64,000 bases of DNA from Centroscyllium fabricii (lineage: Eukaryota), in the NCBI GenBank assembly GCA_051313645.2, contig JBNRSN020000017.1, positions 114,390,001-114,454,000 on the forward strand, in the 5' to 3' direction. Positions 60,101-64,000 of this stretch are shown here, piece by piece. The position numbers were made by a program, and so were the translations under genes. The notes below the pieces were generated by a model. It was given only the letters and a program-made list of their open reading frames with translations. It had not been told where the DNA came from and did no database searches. The stretch's first letter is position 1. Every line of letters starts with the position of its first letter.

Positions 60101-63100
60101 ACTGACACTGACACGGCCACGGGCACTGACACTGACACTGCCACGGGCACTGACACGGACACGGACACGGACACGGACACGGACACTGACACGGACACGG
60201 ACACTGACACTGACACTGACACTGACACGGACACGGACACGGACACTGACACTGACACTGACACTGACACTGACACTGACACTGACACTGACACTGACAC
60301 GGGCACTGACACTGACACTGACACTGACACGGCCACGGGCACTGACACTGACACTGACACGGACACGGGCACTGACACTGACACTGACACTGACACGGCC
60401 ACGGGCACTGACACTGACACTGACACTGCCACGGGCACGGACACTGGCACGGACACTGACACTGACACGGACACGGACACGGACACGGACACTGACACTG
60501 ACACTGACACGGACACGGACACTGACACTGACACTGACACTGACACTGACACGGACACGGCCACTGACACGGCCACGGGCACTGGCACGGACACTGACAC
60601 TGACACGGACACGGACACGGACACGGACACGGACACGGACACTGACACTGACACTGACACGGACACGGACACGGACACTGACACGGGTACGGGCACGGGC
60701 ACGGGCACGGGCACGGGCACTGACACGGACACGGACACGGACACGGACACTGACACTGACACGGACACGGACACTGACACTGACACTGACACTGACACGG
60801 GCACGGACACTGACACGGACACGGACACGGACACGGACACGGACACGGACACGGACACGGACACGGACACGGACACGGACACGGACACTGGCACTGGCAC
60901 GGGCACGGGCACGGACACTGACACGGACACGGACACGGACACTGACACTGACACGGACACGGACACGGACACGGACACTGACACTGACACTGACACTGAC
61001 ACGGACACGGACACGGGCACGGGCACGGGCACGGGCACGGACACGGACACGGACACTGACACGGACACGGACACGGACACGGACACGGACACGGACACTG
61101 GCACTGGCACGGGCACGGGCACGGGCACGGGCACGGGCACGGACACGGACACGGACACGGACACTGACACTGACACGGACACGGACACGGACACTGACAC
61201 TGACACGGGCACGGGCACGGACACTGACACGGACACGGACACGGACACGGACACGGACACGGACACGGACACTGGCACTGGCACGGGCACGGGCACTGAC
61301 ACGGACACGGACACGGACACGGACACGGACACTGACACTGACACGGACACGGACACGGACACGGACACTGACACTGACACGGACACGGGCACGGGCACGG
61401 ACACGGACACGGGCACGGGCACGGGCACGGGCACGGACACGGACACGGACACTGACACTGACACGGACACGGACACGGACACGGACACGGACACTGACAC
61501 TGACACGGGCACGGGCACGGGCACGGACACGGGCACGGGCACTGACACGGACACGGACACGGACACGGACACTGACACTGACACGGACACGGACACGGAC
61601 ACTGACACTGACACTGACACGGCCACGGGCACTGACACTGACACTGCCACTGGCACGGACACGGACACGGACACGGACACGGACACGGACACTGACACTG
61701 ACACTGACACTGACACGGACACGGACACTGACACGGACACGGGCACGGACACGGACACTGACACGGACACGGACACGGACACGGACACTGACACGGACAC
61801 GGACACGGACACTGACACTGGCACGGGCACGGGCACGGGCACGGACACGGACACGGACACTGACACTGACACTGACACTGACACTGACACGGACACTGAC
61901 ACTGACACGGACACGGACACGGACACTGACACTGACACTGACACGGCCACGGGCACTGACACTGACACTGCCACGGGCACGGACACGGACACGGACACGG
62001 ACACGGACACGGACACGGACACTGACACTGACACTGACACGGACACGGACACGGACACGGACACTGACACGGACACGGACACGGACACGGACACGGGCAC
62101 GGGCACGGACACTGACACGGACACGGACACTGACACTGACACTGACACGGGCACGGGCACGGGCACGGGCACGGACACGGACACTGACACTGACACGGAC
62201 ACGGACACGGACACGGACACGGGCACGGGCACGGACACGGACACGGACACGGACACTGACACTGACACTGACACGGACACGGACACGGACACGGACACTG
62301 ACACGGACACGGACACGGACACTGACACGGACACGGACACTGACACTGACACTGGCACGGGCACGGGCACGGGCACGGACACGGACACGGACACTGACAC
62401 TGACAAGGACACTGACACGGACACGGACACGGACACGGGCACGGGCACGGGCACGGACACGGACACGGACACTGACACTGACACTGACACGGACACGGAC
62501 ACGGACACTGACACTGACACTGACACGGACACGGACACGGACACGGACACTGACACGGACACGGACACTGACACTGGCACGGGCACGGGCACGGGCACGG
62601 ACACGGACACGGACACTGACACGGACACGGACACGGACACGGACACGGACACGGACACGGACACTGACACGGACACGGCCACTGACACGGCCACGGACAC
62701 TGACACTGACACTGACACGGGCACGGGCACGGGCACGGACACGGACACGGACACTGACACGGACACGGACACGGACACTGGCACGGGCACGGGCACGGAC
62801 ACGGACACGGACACGGACACTGACACGGACACGGACACGGACACGGACACGGACACGGACACTGGCACGGGCACGGGCACGGACACTGACACTGACACGG
62901 ACACGGACACGGACACGGACACGGACACGGACACGGGCACGGGCACGGGCACTGACACTGACACGGACACGGACACTGACACTGACACGGACACGGACAC
63001 GGACACGGACACGGACACTGACACGGACACTGACACTGACACTGGCACTGGCACTGGCACTGACACTGACACTGACACGGACACGGACACGGACACGGAC

Positions 63101-63327
63101 ACTGACACTGACACGGGCACGGGCACGGACACGGACACTGACACTGACACTGACACGGACACGGGCACGGGCACGGGCACGGGCACGGGCACGGACACTG
63201 ACATGGACACGGACACGGACACGGACACGGGCACGGGCACGGACACTGACACGGACACGGACACGGACACGGACACTGGCACGGGCACGGACACGGACAC
63301 GGACACGGACACGGACACGGACACGGA

Positions 63328-63359
<32 letters not shown>

Positions 63360-64000
63360 CTGACACTGACACTGACACGGACACGGACACGGACACTGGC
63401 ACTGGCACGGGCACGGGCACGGACACTGACACGGACACGGACACGGACACGGACACTGACACTGACACTGACACGGACACGGACACGGACACTGACACTG
63501 ACACTGACACGGACACGGACACGGACACTGACACTGACACTGGCACTGGCACTGGCACTGACACGGACACGGACACTGACACTGACACTGACACGGACAC
63601 GGACACTGACACTGGCACTGGCACTGGCACTGGCACTGGCACTGACACTGACACGGACACGGACACGGACACGGACACTGACACGGACACGGACACGGAC
63701 ACGGACACTGGCACTGGCACGGGCACGGGCACGGACACGGACACGGACACGGACACTGACACTGACACGGACACGGACACGGACACGGACACGGACACGG
63801 ACACTGACACTGACACTGACACTGCCACGGGCACTGACACGGACACTGACACTGACACTGACACGGACACGGACACGGACACGGACACGGACACGGACAC
63901 TGACACGGACACGGACACTGACACTGACACTGACACGGACACGGACACGGCCACGGCCACGGGCACGGGCACGGGCACGGGCACGGACACGGACACTGAC

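Overview
The whole 64-kb window is one head-to-tail, single-orientation hexamer satellite with consensus G[A/C/G]CAC[T/G] (GACACT, GACACG, GCCACT, GCCACG, GGCACT, GGCACG). I found no unique sequence, recognisable gene, RNA gene, mobile element or CRISPR array. All listed ORFs are dipeptide translations of the repeat. The array has four layers. A (1-12702) is homogeneous and uses GAC/GCC units. B (12703-~37453) is diverged, GGC-rich, full of phase-shifting indels and CpG-type transitions (CACG>CATG/CACA), and contains nested 1.2-5 kb duplications. C (~37454-46200) is in phase and uses GAC/GGC units. D (~46200-64000) is GACAC[T/G]-dominated with 0.25-1.9 kb higher-order repeats. I cannot support a new gene-based system. 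The notable signals are a layer-restricted CpG-methylation footprint, an indel-free 26.5-kb phase giving an unlisted stop-free X-Thr frame, position-wise 'sticky' variant patches and nested higher-order repeats. Coordinates were read by eye and duplication boundaries are approximate.
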